From contig NC_043011.1 of NCBI RefSeq assembly GCF_006345805.1, positions 19,232,464-19,296,463 of the forward strand: 64,000 nt of DNA, written 5' to 3'. Each line of letters starts with the position of its first letter. Position 1 is the stretch's first letter. The translations under genes were made by a program, and so were the position numbers. Under the pieces are notes generated by a model, which saw only the letters and a program-made list of their open reading frames with translations, was not told where the DNA came from and ran no database searches. The DNA comes from Octopus sinensis. Its lineage: Eukaryota. Below, one piece after another: positions 15,149 through 27,929 of the stretch.

Positions 15149-16702
15149 GCGGTATGTATGTATGCATGTATGTATGAATGAATATATGAAAAATAGAGGA
15201 GGCACGAATAAATGTCGCTTTAATCAGAACTAACGTTATTTTGCGGGAATTGCTCAGCACTGGTCTACGCCTAGATTTTGACTATCAATATTAGAGTAAT
15301 TGACGTAAATGGCAATCGACAAGATTCCCTTTTTTATGTAGCATTCAAAACAAATTTTAGAACATTAAAATAAAATTTAAAAATTAGTGACTTGTACCTG
15401 TTTGGCAGATATGCAATTTATTAAATGAAGTCCGAATGATTATCTTGAGAGCCTCATTAGATATTTAATGAAAGAAATTTAAATTTGCATTGGCAGTGAA
15501 AGTTTGACAATTTTCATTGTTTATTTAAATTAAACTTAAATGTAATTTCCTGTTTTAATTCCAGAATTTGTATAAATCTAGAATATAATGTTGTTGTTTT
15601 TTTCTTTTTCGAACATGGTCTTAACATGACTCAATTCGTGATTGTCATTCATTGCAATAATTTTAAGCTTTCCTGAGAATTACATTTATGAATTCAGCAA
15701 ATCTTTCTTAATATTTATGTTTTTGCAGTGAATTCATTTTATTTCTGATTATACTAACAGGTGTAGTTTGTTATTAATAAATTATGCCAGAAAAAAATGA
15801 AGTTATAACAAATCATATTTCGAATAAATAAGAAATCAATAAAAGTTTCGTTTTCTAATTGAAAACAAAAATATACTTCTTCATTAATTATTAATTGAAA
15901 CCATTATTTAGAGTTTTTCTGAATATACATTCCCGTTACGTTTAAATACAAAACTTAGCGAATGGTTCATTAATTCTGAGTATCTATGTCAATTGAAAAG
16001 GTTTGCAATGTTTGAGAACTTACTTCAAAAAATGTACAAGGGATAACTTTTAGTTCTGCACTATTACTATCATATTGTTCGGAAATCTAAGGCTGGAAGT
16101 TGAACAAATCGAATCAGTACTTCATTTGTACCGCTAGAACTCAGTCGGATGAAAAGCAAAATACAACAGAACGTAAAAATGACAGAAAACAACGTACTAG
16201 CTATTTTTCCTGGCGCTTAGATGTTTCTGCCTTTGCATGGCTCTTTCTTGTAAAACCATATTGAAAAGTGTTGTTGTGTCTGGGGAGTCATTCTCGTTTA
16301 GTACCTTCTTATTTAACACACTCACCGGTAAAGTTAACACTCAATTATTTATTATTCTAAAATTTTCGTTGCGTCTTGCAACCTTTTCAATAGTCGTTAA
16401 CTGTCCGTTGTCCGAGCTGCGTTCTTTTTGTTTGTTTGTGCACATGTGTGTGGGTCAGTATGTGTGCGCATACACATGTGTGTATGTATGCACGTATGTG
16501 TGTATGTGTGTATGTGTGCTTGTCTGTTCATATTACCAATGTACCTATCCGTCTGTATCTCGATCTATTTACATTCATATCCATTTGCCTACATACATGT
16601 GCATATACACATACATATATATATCTATATATGCTTATACACACATGCGCGCGCACGCACACACACACTCACACGCACACACACACACACACACAAACAC
16701 AG

Positions 16703-16747
<45 letters not shown>

Positions 16748-17707
16748 CATACATCTACATAACAGACCACTAACTATTCTACCTGTATATAAATATAATC
16801 TGTGGGTATGGGGTATTATTGCCTACTACGTATATTTCATATTTAGCTCTGTGTATGACTCTCCCCAGACACAACAAAATATGCTTCAACACACGAACTC
16901 ACATAAAGAATGTTGCAAACCAAATCGCACAGCGACATATTGAAAAGTGTTTTACATTTATATTTTAATTTATGCTGGTAGTTTTCGTTTCTCTGATAGT
17001 ATCAGAGTGTAACGTCCATTTTGCCAGCTTGTTTAGATCGTAACATGAAAGCTTTGGATTATCAGGTGACTGAATATAATATATACACACACGTTTGTAT
17101 TTTACACATTCTTCTCAAAATATCCAGTCGGGTAAACTTTGATCTTTAAATGTATAAGCAGGTGTTAGAAATTTGCATAGAGATATATTTTAGAGAGGAA
17201 CTAAATCGATACAAATTATATTGTATATGTAATATGACGAACCTTTCAAAAATACTTGTTTGGACAAAATCTTACAATTACTAAAATAATACAAACGTTT
17301 AATATAAACTTTTGTGTAATTTGCAACATTACATTACAGTAGGCCGTATCTTTAGCGACACAGAAATTATAAACCCGGCTTCATAAAAAATAAATAAAGA
17401 ATTTATCATTATATTTGATTGACAGCAAGAAAGATTATTTGAAAGGCATAAATGTTATGCAAAATATTATTGGTCTCCTTGAGAGAGGCAGTGAATATAT
17501 TCACGTTACTTACCACAGTCTATACTTTCATATATTTTTATATACATATAAAGAAGTGGCTGTGTGGTAAGTAGCTTTCCTCCCAACTACATGGTTCGGG
17601 TTCAGTTCCACATCGTGGCACCTTGGGTATGTGTCTTCTATTATAGCCTCAGGCAGGCCACTGTTTTGTGAGTGGATATGGTAGAGAGAAACTCAAAGAA
17701 GCCCATC

Positions 17708-18236
17708 TTAAATGTGGTCTTGGTCGTTTTGACTGCTTCTTCTAGCGTGTAATGCTGCCTGTTAAAGATAGTTTCTCTTGTGTTTAAATGTACACTATTT
17801 TATATTGAGAATATGTTGTCTATTGACATTCTTTGTACATGGTAGACCACTGGTAGTGAAATTTCTAAAAGACTCACTACCCTATATATTTTATGCATAT
17901 ATGATTTTAGAATTTTCAGAAAATTAGCTCGGAATTTTTCATCTGCTGCCGACTGAAACTGCGCCTACGCGGTGAATTTGAAAAATCATAATATATAATG
18001 ATGAGACATGTTGTTATTTGTCTTTAAATTATATGTTAATGTTATGGCGCGGTCACTGAAGATAACTTCGTCTAGCAAGTTAATTTATTTGCTAAATAAA
18101 ATTCGAAACTTAGGTTTTACCATAAAAAAATGACAAGGTAAATTTTTTTATTTTTCATTCAATTCGAAATTTTGGTCTTTTTTACTGTTTCTAGCACGTA
18201 AAGCTGCCTGTTAAGGGTAGTTTCTCTTGTGTACAC

Positions 18237-18240
<4 letters not shown>
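17708..18240 (+). mobile_element. non-coding HHR-bearing element with direct terminal repeats (PLE pLTR/retrozyme-like)
   Basis: TTCTAGC..GCTGCCTGTTAA..TTTCTCTTGTG..TACACTAT occurs at ~17740-17800 and ~18190-18240, with an HHR between them. Confidence 0.7.
18051..18121 (+). ncRNA. type I hammerhead, core intact, stems partly decayed
   Basis: GGTCA CTGAAGA ..TAGCAA/TTGCTA.. GAAAC TTAG GT T TTACC; homologous motif at 28231-28296 (-). Confidence 0.65.
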
Positions 18241-18287
<47 letters not shown>

Positions 18288-18489
18288 GTGTGTGTGTGTG
18301 TGTGTGTATTTATTCGTGCCCCACCATCGCTTGACAACCGATGCTGGTGTGTTTACGTCCCTGAAACTTCGCGGATCGGCAAAGGCGGTGCTCCAGCATG
18401 GCCGCATTCAAATAATAGGAACAAGTAAAAGAATAAAAGAATAAAAGAATATTCATCATGAAAGTTTTCCATTTACAGAGTATGTTAAG

Positions 18490-19020
18490 ACTACGCACGG
18501 CATATTGTGACACCCCCCCCCTTCAGTCATGAATGACCATGGGATTGCACCTAGAAAGTTACCCTCCGAGACAAAAGTCTGGGGAAGATTGTTTGTGGAA
18601 GACAAGCAGTCACCCATGCATACCTCCTTCCTTCTCCACGCCACCGATGTTATTCAAGGGAAAGCAAATGCCGGTACAGCTTGGCACCAGTGACGTCGCA
18701 GCTCACTTATTAACGTGCAAGTGGCTGAGCACTCCACAGACACGTGTACCTTTAACATAGTTCTTGGGGAGATTCAGCGTGACACAGAATGTGAAAAGGC
18801 TGGGCCTTTGAAATACAGGTACGACAGAAACAGGAAGTAAGAGTGAGAGAAAGTTGTGGTGAGAGAGTACAGCAGGGTTCACCACAACCACTGCCGGAGA
18901 TTCGTGGAGCTTTAATTGTTTTCTCTCAATAAACAGTCACAATACTCCGGCTGCGAATCGACACCGAGATCCCACGACCACGAGTCCGCTGCCCTAACCA
19001 CTAGGCCATTGTGCCTCCAC
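18490..19020 (-). mobile_element. tRNA-derived SINE (composite)
   Basis: Head GGCACAATGGCCTAGTGGTTAGGGCAGCGGACTC..GTGTCGATTCG; body shared with 47.8 and 50.8 kb copies. Confidence 0.8.
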
Positions 19021-19124
19021 ATGCTAGCATATAGCTGCATGAATACATACACGAATATGCATAAACACATTTGTCTTTATATATCCTAGTGGATAGTCAT
19101 ATATATATATATATATATATACTC

Positions 19125-19355
19125 TTTACTCCCTCTTTTACTCATTTCAGTCATTTGACTGCGGCCATGCTGGAGCACCGCCTTTAATCGAGCAACTCGA
19201 CCCCGGGAGTATTCTTTTTGTAAGCCCAGTACTTATTATATCGGTCTCTTTTGCCGAACCGCTAGGTAACGGAGACATAAACACACCAGCATCGGTTGTC
19301 AAGCAATGCTAGGGGGACAAACACAGACACACAAACACACACACGCATATATATA

Positions 19356-19400
<45 letters not shown>

Positions 19401-19525
19401 TACGACGGGCTTCTTTCAGTTTCCGTCTACCAAATCCACTCACAAGACAATTACCCAAGGTGCCACGCAGTGGGACTGAATCCGGAACCATGTGGTTGGT
19501 AAACAAGCTACTTACCTCACAGTCA
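19125..19525 (-). mobile_element. tRNA-derived SINE with internal (TA)n(TG)n tract
   Basis: Reverse complement of the 25791-26170 family, with an internal deletion. Confidence 0.9.
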
Positions 19526-19560
19526 CTACTATATATAATTATATATATATATTTTATTAA

Positions 19561-19644
19561 AAAGCAGCAGAAATTTAACAAAACTGTCCGACGACGGGAA
19601 CGTGAAACTCCGAGTAACAGTATTTGTTAAATTTCTGCTGCTTT
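19561..19644 (+). ncRNA. hammerhead-like motif with ~27-bp stem I and CCGACG(A) core
   Basis: AAAGCAGCAGAAATTTAACAAAACTGT CCGACG ACG GGAA CGT GAAA CTC C GAG TA ACAGTATTTGTTAAATTTCTGCTGCTTT; relative at 60195-60256 (-) keeps GACGA-ACG-GGAA-CGT. Confidence 0.7.
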
Positions 19645-19727
19645 TAATTAAAGCATATTACTCTACCTCTGGTATTTGAGTACTCTTTTTTCCACCTTGT
19701 TTCACATTTATGTGTTTACTTCGGTAT

Positions 19728-19783
<56 letters not shown>

Positions 19784-20165
19784 CATGTGTGTGTAAACAT
19801 ATGCATCTGAATTACATTACTCTCACACAACTGGGCATGCCATTCATGCCACACAACAGCTCTATATATTTACAGATAAACATATCTACAAGCACATAGG
19901 CTCTAAAATGCATATTGAATAAGCATAGAAAGGCGTATTAAATATGTAAAAAAAAGTAACATAATCGACGTATATAAAAGGATAGAAATCAAAAGAATGA
20001 AAAGAAATCATCGATGTATTTATAGAAAAAAAACTTGCATAAAAAATAACAGTGATAATATCAGTGATGAGTGACGGAATGTGATGATAATCATTTTTTC
20101 GGATGTAGCCATCATTTTATGCGGTTAACATATTCCGTATTTAACTTATATATATATATATATAT

Positions 20166-20211
<46 letters not shown>

Positions 20212-20326
20212 CGTGTGTGTGTGTTTGTGTATATATATATGCATATAAATATATATATGTATATATTTATATATATATATATATATACATATAATATATA
20301 TATACACACACACACATACACACACT

Positions 20327-20423
<97 letters not shown>

Positions 20424-20685
20424 TTAAATACAGGATTATTAACGTCATTAAGATATGATTATATCCACGAAAACACTGGATCTATACGAAATATATTTTG
20501 GGGGAATAAAATTTCCCTAAATCAGTAGGTATATGTTATGCATATAATCCGATTTTTCTTAATAGCAGAAAAGGAACGAAAGTGATAAGAGGAAAATTAA
20601 TAATTATTTATTAATATAATGATACATCAAACTTCCTACACCTGTTTCAATTGTACTTATTAATGAAATTACAAATTTATGGCTT

Positions 20686-20775
20686 AAATTTGCATTTATA
20701 ACGAAAAAGATATACAATAAAAGATCACATATGTGATCTTGTATTGTATATCTTTTTCGTTATAAATGCAAATTT
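20686..20775. repeat. near-perfect 90-bp palindrome (fold-back)
   Basis: AAATTTGCATTTATAACGAAAAAGATATACAATA..GATCACAT|ATGTGATC..TATTGTATATCTTTTTCGTTATAAATGCAAATTT. Confidence 0.95.
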
Positions 20776-20928
20776 ATAACGGGCATGGTGGCGGAATATG
20801 TGTATTGGGTTATTTTATTTTTACTTATGTGTGTGCTTGAATTTGAATGCAGTATGAAATAAATAATATGAGCAAGAAGGTAGACTAAAATAAAGTAATA
20901 TAAAAATTAGATACAATAGTGATATATA

Positions 20929-21000
<72 letters not shown>

Positions 21001-21118
21001 ATCATATCGAAGGGAAATGGAATTTAATTGAAGTAAAAACATTCAACCAAAAATTACATTTCCAGTGGTCCAACGCGTAACAAAATTCTAGTCAAAAAGA
21101 CTATATATTAATCATACC

Positions 21119-21254
21119 ATATAGTGTATATTTAAATACATAGAGAATCCACTTATCTTATCCCCAATTTTTGGTGGTTATATAACTTAGCTGTTCTTTC
21201 TAGCGCGTAGAATCCTATAAGTGGATTCCCTATGTATTTAAATATACACTATAT
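21119..21254. repeat. 38-bp inverted repeat with 60-bp spacer
   Basis: ATATAGTGTATATTTAAATACATAGAGAATCCACTTAT / ATAAGTGGATTCCCTATGTATTTAAATATACACTATAT, 1 mismatch. Confidence 0.95.
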
Positions 21255-21386
21255 CCTTTATATATATATATATATATATAATATATATATATATATAAAA
21301 TATTATTCGAGACAAAACCACTATTTTGCAAAACAAACAAGGAAAGACTTAATCAATACATAAATTTTAATAAATAGTCAAAAAAA

Positions 21387-21425
21387 CCGCCACTACAATC
21401 GTTTCTTGTCTTGATCGACAATCTT
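21387..21425 (-). ncRNA. 5'-truncated hammerhead (stems II and III only)
   Basis: ..AAGA TTGTC GATCAA GACAA GAAAC GATT GT A GTGGCGG; the core 5' end is replaced by (TA)n. Confidence 0.5.
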
Positions 21426-22075
21426 ATATATATATATACATAGATATGCACACATACCAGCTCCTATACACATACTCACACACACATATACACATATCCA
21501 TAGACATACGGATATATGCGCGTACATAAATATATACATAAATGTATACATAAATGCACAGATATGCGCATTTATGATAAGACATACAAGAATACACATA
21601 TATAAGCAGTATAACCTTCAATTCGTTAGTATTTGTTTATATTTAATGTGATTTAATTAAATATTCCATTAAATATATTTACATAAAATGATAAGCATAG
21701 GTATTTTACTACCATATAATCGCCACGATGAATATATAAAGTGTTTGTTTACATTGTGGATAGATATAAATCTTGAGCCCTACGTCATCGTAAATGCACA
21801 GATACTCGAATGCACGCATATAGATAAACACATAAGACATACGCTCATACACACATACATATATATATATATATATAAAATAAATATAAGAGAGTGGTCA
21901 CTATATGGCTCACTCTAGCACTCTAATTAATTATATATATATATATACACATTATAACCCTCAATTCGGTAGTATTTATTTATATTTTAGCATGTTTTAA
22001 TTCACGGTTCTATTAAACACACTTACATAAAGTGATAAGCATAAGTATTTATCTACCATATAATCAGCACTATGA

Positions 22076-22120
<45 letters not shown>

Positions 22121-22123
22121 TAT

Positions 22124-22160
<37 letters not shown>

Positions 22161-22349
22161 TGCTTGTTTACTTTCGTGATAGATAGAAATCTTGTACATT
22201 AAGTCAGCTAAAATTTAGTTTATGGAATTAATTTCGGGATATTATCAATATATAGGAATTTACTTCATCTATATTATTTAATTAATAAGTAGTGTTAAAT
22301 ATACCTTAAAATTAATCGCCACATAAGATAATAGGCCAAAATTATTATG

Positions 22350-22765
22350 TATTTAGTTAGGTAGAAGCCTCCCCAAAGTCCATCCCCTCCTCAACGTGGT
22401 GGGGAAGCTGGCAACAGGTAGTGTCAGAGCTATGCCGTCGCGAACGTCGGTTCCTGGTAGTGCCACCCAAGGCGGATTGGTCTGACACCGAGTGGTAGTA
22501 GGGCCACAACCCGGCAGACGGGGCTCTGGTGAAAATCCTCGGAGTGTCTGTTTTGGCAACCGGCGGCTCCTCGGTCGTTCTGTCCCTGCGTCTGCGGACA
22601 ATCTGCGGCAAACAGGATGTCTCTACATGCGGGATTGTTAAGGACCGCTTGTGAAATTCATATCTTCACGAAATTTCTTCCACTGCCATGGTTCGAGATG
22701 CCTCGAGCATGGTAGAAGAAGCCGACACAACCCGCCGAGGGTGAATGTCGCCACAAGTACAAGTA
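22350..22765. other. GC-rich ~410-bp insert of unknown, probably TE, origin
   Basis: Sharp compositional contrast with AT-rich flanks; no recognisable protein motif in its ORFs. Confidence 0.5.
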
Positions 22766-23280
22766 CAAGTAGGTAAGGTAGAAAGAGTCATGTTTTAGGT
22801 ATAGATCTGGTTCTAATGCGCATATAAGTGTATAACTTTTTGCCTTATGTACATATATATGTGCGTGTTTTATGGTTATAATGCGTATATATGTTTGATT
22901 GTATGCCTCATGTACCTACCTATGAGCGTGTATTTGCGTATCTGTGCATTTATGATGACGTAATGCACAAGATTTATATCTAGCCAGAATGTAAACAAAC
23001 ACTATATATATTCAGCGTACCGATTTTATGTCAGATAATTATCTATGCTTATCGTTTCATGTAAAAATTTACGCATCAATTAAATCACACATAAATAGCA
23101 ATAAATACCATTGAATTGAAGGTTATAATATCTATATATATGTGAATGATTGTATGCCTTATATACGTACCTATGTGCGTGTATTCGCGTAGCTCTGTAT
23201 TTCGGGTATACATTTATGTATGCGCATATGTGTGTATACGAACGTGTATGCGTGCATATATATATATATATATTATATAT

Positions 23281-23314
<34 letters not shown>

Positions 23315-23835
23315 GACACGTATACACACATACGCGTATATGTATGGATGTATTTATATATAAGTGTGTGTATGTGTATTTATATATATAAATATATATA
23401 TATACATGTATATGCATACGATTATTAGAGTCAGTTTTTATTACCATATAGTTCTACACACGCATATATTGTAAAACACTTATGATCTAATATTTTATGA
23501 AACGCTTCACCGCATGTAAACTGATTTAATTTTCTCCAGCTTTTAGGAACTGATCAATACATTCTTCCTTATTTTATTTTTACTATAATTTTACTTATTT
23601 ATTTACTTTATTTATATTTTATCTTATTTCTTTTTTATTTTTATTTTTATCATATTTACTTTTTATATTATTTTATTTTATTCTACCTTACAACTTATTT
23701 TACTTTCTTTCTTACTATTTTCGAACCAATCCCTCAGCCTTCAAGCACACACATAAATATAAATAAAATAACTCCACATAGTTAGTCTACAAGTATGAAC
23801 TAAGTGGTCAAGGTGTAATATTTTATTGTATATAT

Positions 23836-23933
23836 TTTCCCTTGATTATATTGTGGTTATACCTTATAAATGCAAATTTAAGCCATAAATTTATAACTTA
23901 TTTTATATGCACAATCGAAACAGTTGTTGGAAG
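23836..23933 (+). ncRNA. decayed hammerhead with long stem II
   Basis: TTTCC CTTGATTA T ATTGTG...CACAAT C GAAAC AGTT GT T GGAAG; homologous half at 20632-20700 (-) has GAAACAGGTGTAGGAAG. Confidence 0.55.
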
Positions 23934-24248
23934 TATGAAGTATTATACTTTCTTCTAACTGCTGCAACCATGAACTACTTCCATGCACTGCTATGAAGAA
24001 TTTAGTAACAAAATATTTGGATATATCGTCTACAAGAATTTCAGTACTGAACTGCTGGATCGCCGGAAGTAAGGGAAGTAAAGTGAATACCGTTTGTCAG
24101 TCGGGGGTAATGGACAAACACACTCATATACACATGTATATGTCACTATATTATACAAGGAGCTTCTTTCAGAGTCCATTACTTAAATCCACTCATTATA
24201 GTGGAAGCCATTAATTATATAATGTTTGTGTGTGTTTGTGTATGGTTG

Positions 24249-24306
<58 letters not shown>

Positions 24307-24464
24307 CTGTGTGTACCTGTGTATACGTGCATAGATTGATACATAGATATACCCCTCTACGCATAATACACACATTCAAATATATGAATACGTACATAAT
24401 GAGTTGTATTTACAAACAATATTCTGGATATGGAATGAATAATATATCTGGTACCATCGAGTAT

Positions 24465-24677
24465 TTATTTCTTTATTGCCTACAGGGGGCTAAACACAGA
24501 GGGGACAAACAAGGACAGACAAAGGGCTTAGTTTGTAACTGGTACTTAATTATCGACCCCGAAAGGATGAAAGGCAAAGTCGACCTCGGCTGAATTTGAA
24601 CTCAGAACGGAACGGCAGCCGAAATACCGCTAAGCATTTTGCCCGGCGTGCTAACGATTCTGCCAGCTCGCCGCCCT
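24465..24677 (-). mobile_element. tRNA-derived SINE
   Basis: GGCGGCGAGCTGGCAGAATCGTTAGC..GAGTTCAAATTC head, then GTCGACTTTGCCTTTCATCCTTTCGGGGTCGAT body. Confidence 0.9.
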
Positions 24678-25790
24678 CGAAATATTAGAGTATTATTTAT
24701 TTGGAAACTTGGTGTTATACATGTGAGCTTGATTTAATGCTTTTCAAGAGACATTTAGGAATGGATGCAAAACAGGTTATCATATACAGATGCTCAGTTA
24801 TTTGTTTCATTGCTGTTTAAATGGTGTACATTTTGCTGCTGTCTTTGAAGGTGTAGCCATTTCTAGGATATGTCATTTCATTTCAAAAGTTTTTGATCCG
24901 TTCATTATTTAGCGACCATATTTTGAATTGATCGGGCTCGAACTTCCTTCGATGCTTCTTTCCGAAATAGTTATATTTGCAGAATTATGCATCGTGGATG
25001 TCTTCTAACTTAAATGTATATTGTATTTGGGTATGTTACTACTGAGTATCTTTATCTCTGTGAAGTACAGTAGTGATGTGGTGAGTCGAAATTAATCGAT
25101 TGAGATTGATTTTGGCTGCTTGTTGACGTTGAAAGCGATAACGGTGGCATTAACTTTGCTGATGATGAAATTTGAACACGCCATCCACAAGACTTAATTT
25201 ACATATAAGTGTGTATTTAGTAACATTCGATAGTATCGAAAATCACAGCTGCCACACTGGAAAAAAGGAATGATTTAATTAAAGGAAAGAATACCCATAT
25301 GAAACCAATTTTGTAATGAATGCTGACATTTCTCTCCAAGGAAATATATTAATAGCACAGATATTGATAAAGGGAAACTAGAGGGAATTAAGAGAATACA
25401 AGAGGTTTATTTTTAGGTAAAGATTGAAAGTTTGCTACACTTATTTGACAGATTTCACTGTATGGACAGCAGTCGGGTTTAGTTTAGCAACTAGAGATTT
25501 ATTATCGGTGAACGCGTGGAGATACTAGGGAAAAGACTATCAAACATGAAATGTGTATTTGAATAATGAAATATTTATCCAATTAGACTCACATTTCCAA
25601 TCTAAAAACAGGTAGAGAAACCATGAACATCTTCATCTAAGGCACACAATAACAATCGCATTATAGAAGGGGAAAAGGATTTTGAACATATTTCGTTCAG
25701 CTTCTACATTTGGAAATAAATTTCCAAATTTCTGATCGGTATAACTACATCAAATTATTTTCCTAAAAATATATCAATATCATAGGTGAA

Positions 25791-26170
25791 GGAGTGGCTG
25801 TGTGGTAAGTAGCTTGCTTACCAACCACATGGTTCTGGGTTCAGTCCCACTGTGTGGCATCTTGGGCAAGTGTCTTCTACTATAGCCTCGGGCCGACCAA
25901 ATCCTTGTGAGTGGATTTGGTAGACGGAAACTGAAAGAAGCCTGTCGTATATATGTATATATATATATATATGTGCGTGTGTGTTTGCCCCCCCTAGCAT
26001 TGCTTGTCAACCAATGCTGGTGTGTTTATGTCCCCGTCAGTTAGCGGTTCGGCAAAAGAGACCGATAGAATAAGTACTGGGCTTACAAAGAATAAGTCCC
26101 GGGGTCGAGTTGCTCGATTAAAGGTGGTGCTCCAACATGGCCGCAGTCAAATGCCTGAAACAAGTAAAGG
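25791..26170 (+). mobile_element. full-length tRNA-derived SINE with internal TA/TG tract
   Basis: GGAGTGGCTGTGTGGTAAG..GGGTTCAGTCCC head, CCTTGGGCAAGTG-like central motif, tail ..CATGGCCGCAGTCAAATG..AACAAGTAAAG; several homologues in the window. Confidence 0.92.
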
Positions 26171-26869
26171 AGTATCTATTCTTATTTTATCTGTAACAGC
26201 TGCATCGTCACAAATTTGATCACACATTTGCCACATGTTGCTTCGACGTACATACGCTTTGTTGGACACTTGAGTTTGATCCTTCTAGAGCATGTAGCGT
26301 TCTAATAAAAAATCACCTGCTAAGATGACTCCTGTTAAGAACGTAGTTTACATGTTAGCGTGAGAACTGTGAGAATTAAATATACATTAAAGAACAAGGC
26401 AAAATTTAATTGTATACGTATACGACAGTAAGTCACATTGTGATACAAATAAAAATTGCATTACTTTTTCGGTTACACTCGTTCGTAGGTATGTGTGTAC
26501 ATGTATGTATATATTCTTTTATACACACGCACAAACACACACACACATACACATATTTAAAAGAGCGTTGTAGTTCCCTTGACGTATTGTAATATCGAAG
26601 AAGGTAACGAAACGGAAAATAGAAAGCTACTGACAAAGTGCAAATTTTAATAACAGCTTTATATTTCAGGTGCAAACGCCCATCTTCAGAAGAATAGAAC
26701 AATATGAGACAACTCCAGGTATACAGGTTCCGTTAACCTATTCAAATCACCTAACATTATATAACAGCAGCAGTCACTCTCCAAGCGTAGGCGTAATCGA
26801 TGTTCAACGTGTCGATGTAAACAAACTGTCAAATATTGCTACTCGCCATCTGTGATGTGAGAGCTTTAT

Positions 26870-27100
26870 ATTATTATTATTATTATTGAGTGAGAGAGAG
26901 CAGTGCATGCAATCAAATTGACGCTGGGGTAAAATATACGAAGCCCAATATACCCATCATCACTACCCGTCTGATAAGAGTACACTAGCCATATGCATCA
27001 CAACCATATGTGCGTGACATGGTGATCCCATATCAAGATAAACAGCATATGATCACGCAGGTGGGGTCCAGTTAGAATTTTCTTCTGGTTCAGTAACCCA
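26870..27100 (-). mobile_element. dispersed repeat with (AAT)n tail; partial second copy at 27421-27497
   Basis: ATTATTATTGAGTGAGAGAGAGCAGTGCATGCAATCAAATTGACGCTGGGGTAAAATATACGA is present twice. Confidence 0.6.
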
Positions 27101-27181
27101 TCCCGACATATGTTTCGAAGACAGCATAGTTTCATTCCAAAGGAATAAAGGGTGCAAGATGCAATCTTCTCTTCAGGAAAG
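27100..27181 (-). ncRNA. type I hammerhead, intact core, GUC site
   Basis: CTTTC CTGAAGA GAAGA..(insert)..TCTTC GAAA CATATG TC GGGAT; 5-bp stem II GAAGA/TCTTC, palindromic ACATATGT. Confidence 0.8.
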
Positions 27182-27233
27182 AAAGGGAGCCTCGAAATTT
27201 TTATTTGTCTTGATGTTGAGAGAGGCTCCCTTT

Positions 27234-27313
27234 CTTTCCTGATGAGAAGATTGCATCTTGCACCCTTTATTCCTTTGGAATGAAACTATGCTGTCTTCGA
27301 GACATGTCGAGAG
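27234..27313 (+). ncRNA. inverted sister hammerhead with GAAA>GAGA change
   Basis: CTTTC CTGATGA GAAGA..TCTTC GAGA CATG TC GAGAG. Confidence 0.7.
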
Positions 27314-27353
27314 TAAGGAATTTTGCTAACATCTTCGTTCGACTCCATTCTTT

Positions 27354-27423
<70 letters not shown>

Positions 27424-27592
27424 ATTATTGAGTGAGAGAGAGCAGTGCATGCAATCAAATTGACGCTGGGGTAAAATATACGACGCCCGTCTGATAGAAA
27501 TTTTATTCCCGATGTAATCAGTAAGACTAAGCACGTGTCTGTCTTGACACAGAGAGCTGGGGTTGGTCTTTCAGTTTGCATCTCGAGGACCG

Positions 27593-27668
27593 AATGTACT
27601 GAAGAAGTCACGGACACTTGAATTATGCAAGTAATTCTTTTGTTAAGACCGAAACCGAGGTATGCATT
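27593..27668 (+). ncRNA. type I hammerhead, intact core, GUA site
   Basis: AATGTA CTGAAGA A GTC..ACTTG/CAAGT..GAC C GAAA CC GA GG TA TGCATT; 6-bp stem I. Confidence 0.82.
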
Positions 27669-27929
27669 TAAGTCTGTTTTTTTATTTAATTTTTCATATG
27701 TCCTGCCCGCCAAATTTGGTTCTGGTGTTCGCTGAATTCTTCCTCTAGAGAATTTCCCTTGTAGTTTGATCGTTGATGATCTTTTTCTAGCATTCTGGCC
27801 GGCTACCTAGCAGGCAAGCCCTGCCAATATACACATATATTTGAATTTTCTCTGACTCCTCAGATTTTTTGAATGCTGGACTACTGGTTTTAAATTGATA
27901 TTAAAATTAATATTAATTTATCTCCCTCA

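Larger units (their letters stand above)
17553..18450 (+). mobile_element. tRNA-derived SINE split in two by an insertion at its internal TA tract
   Basis: Head 17553-17707 and tail ~18240-18450 match the two halves of the intact copy at 25791-26170. Confidence 0.8.
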
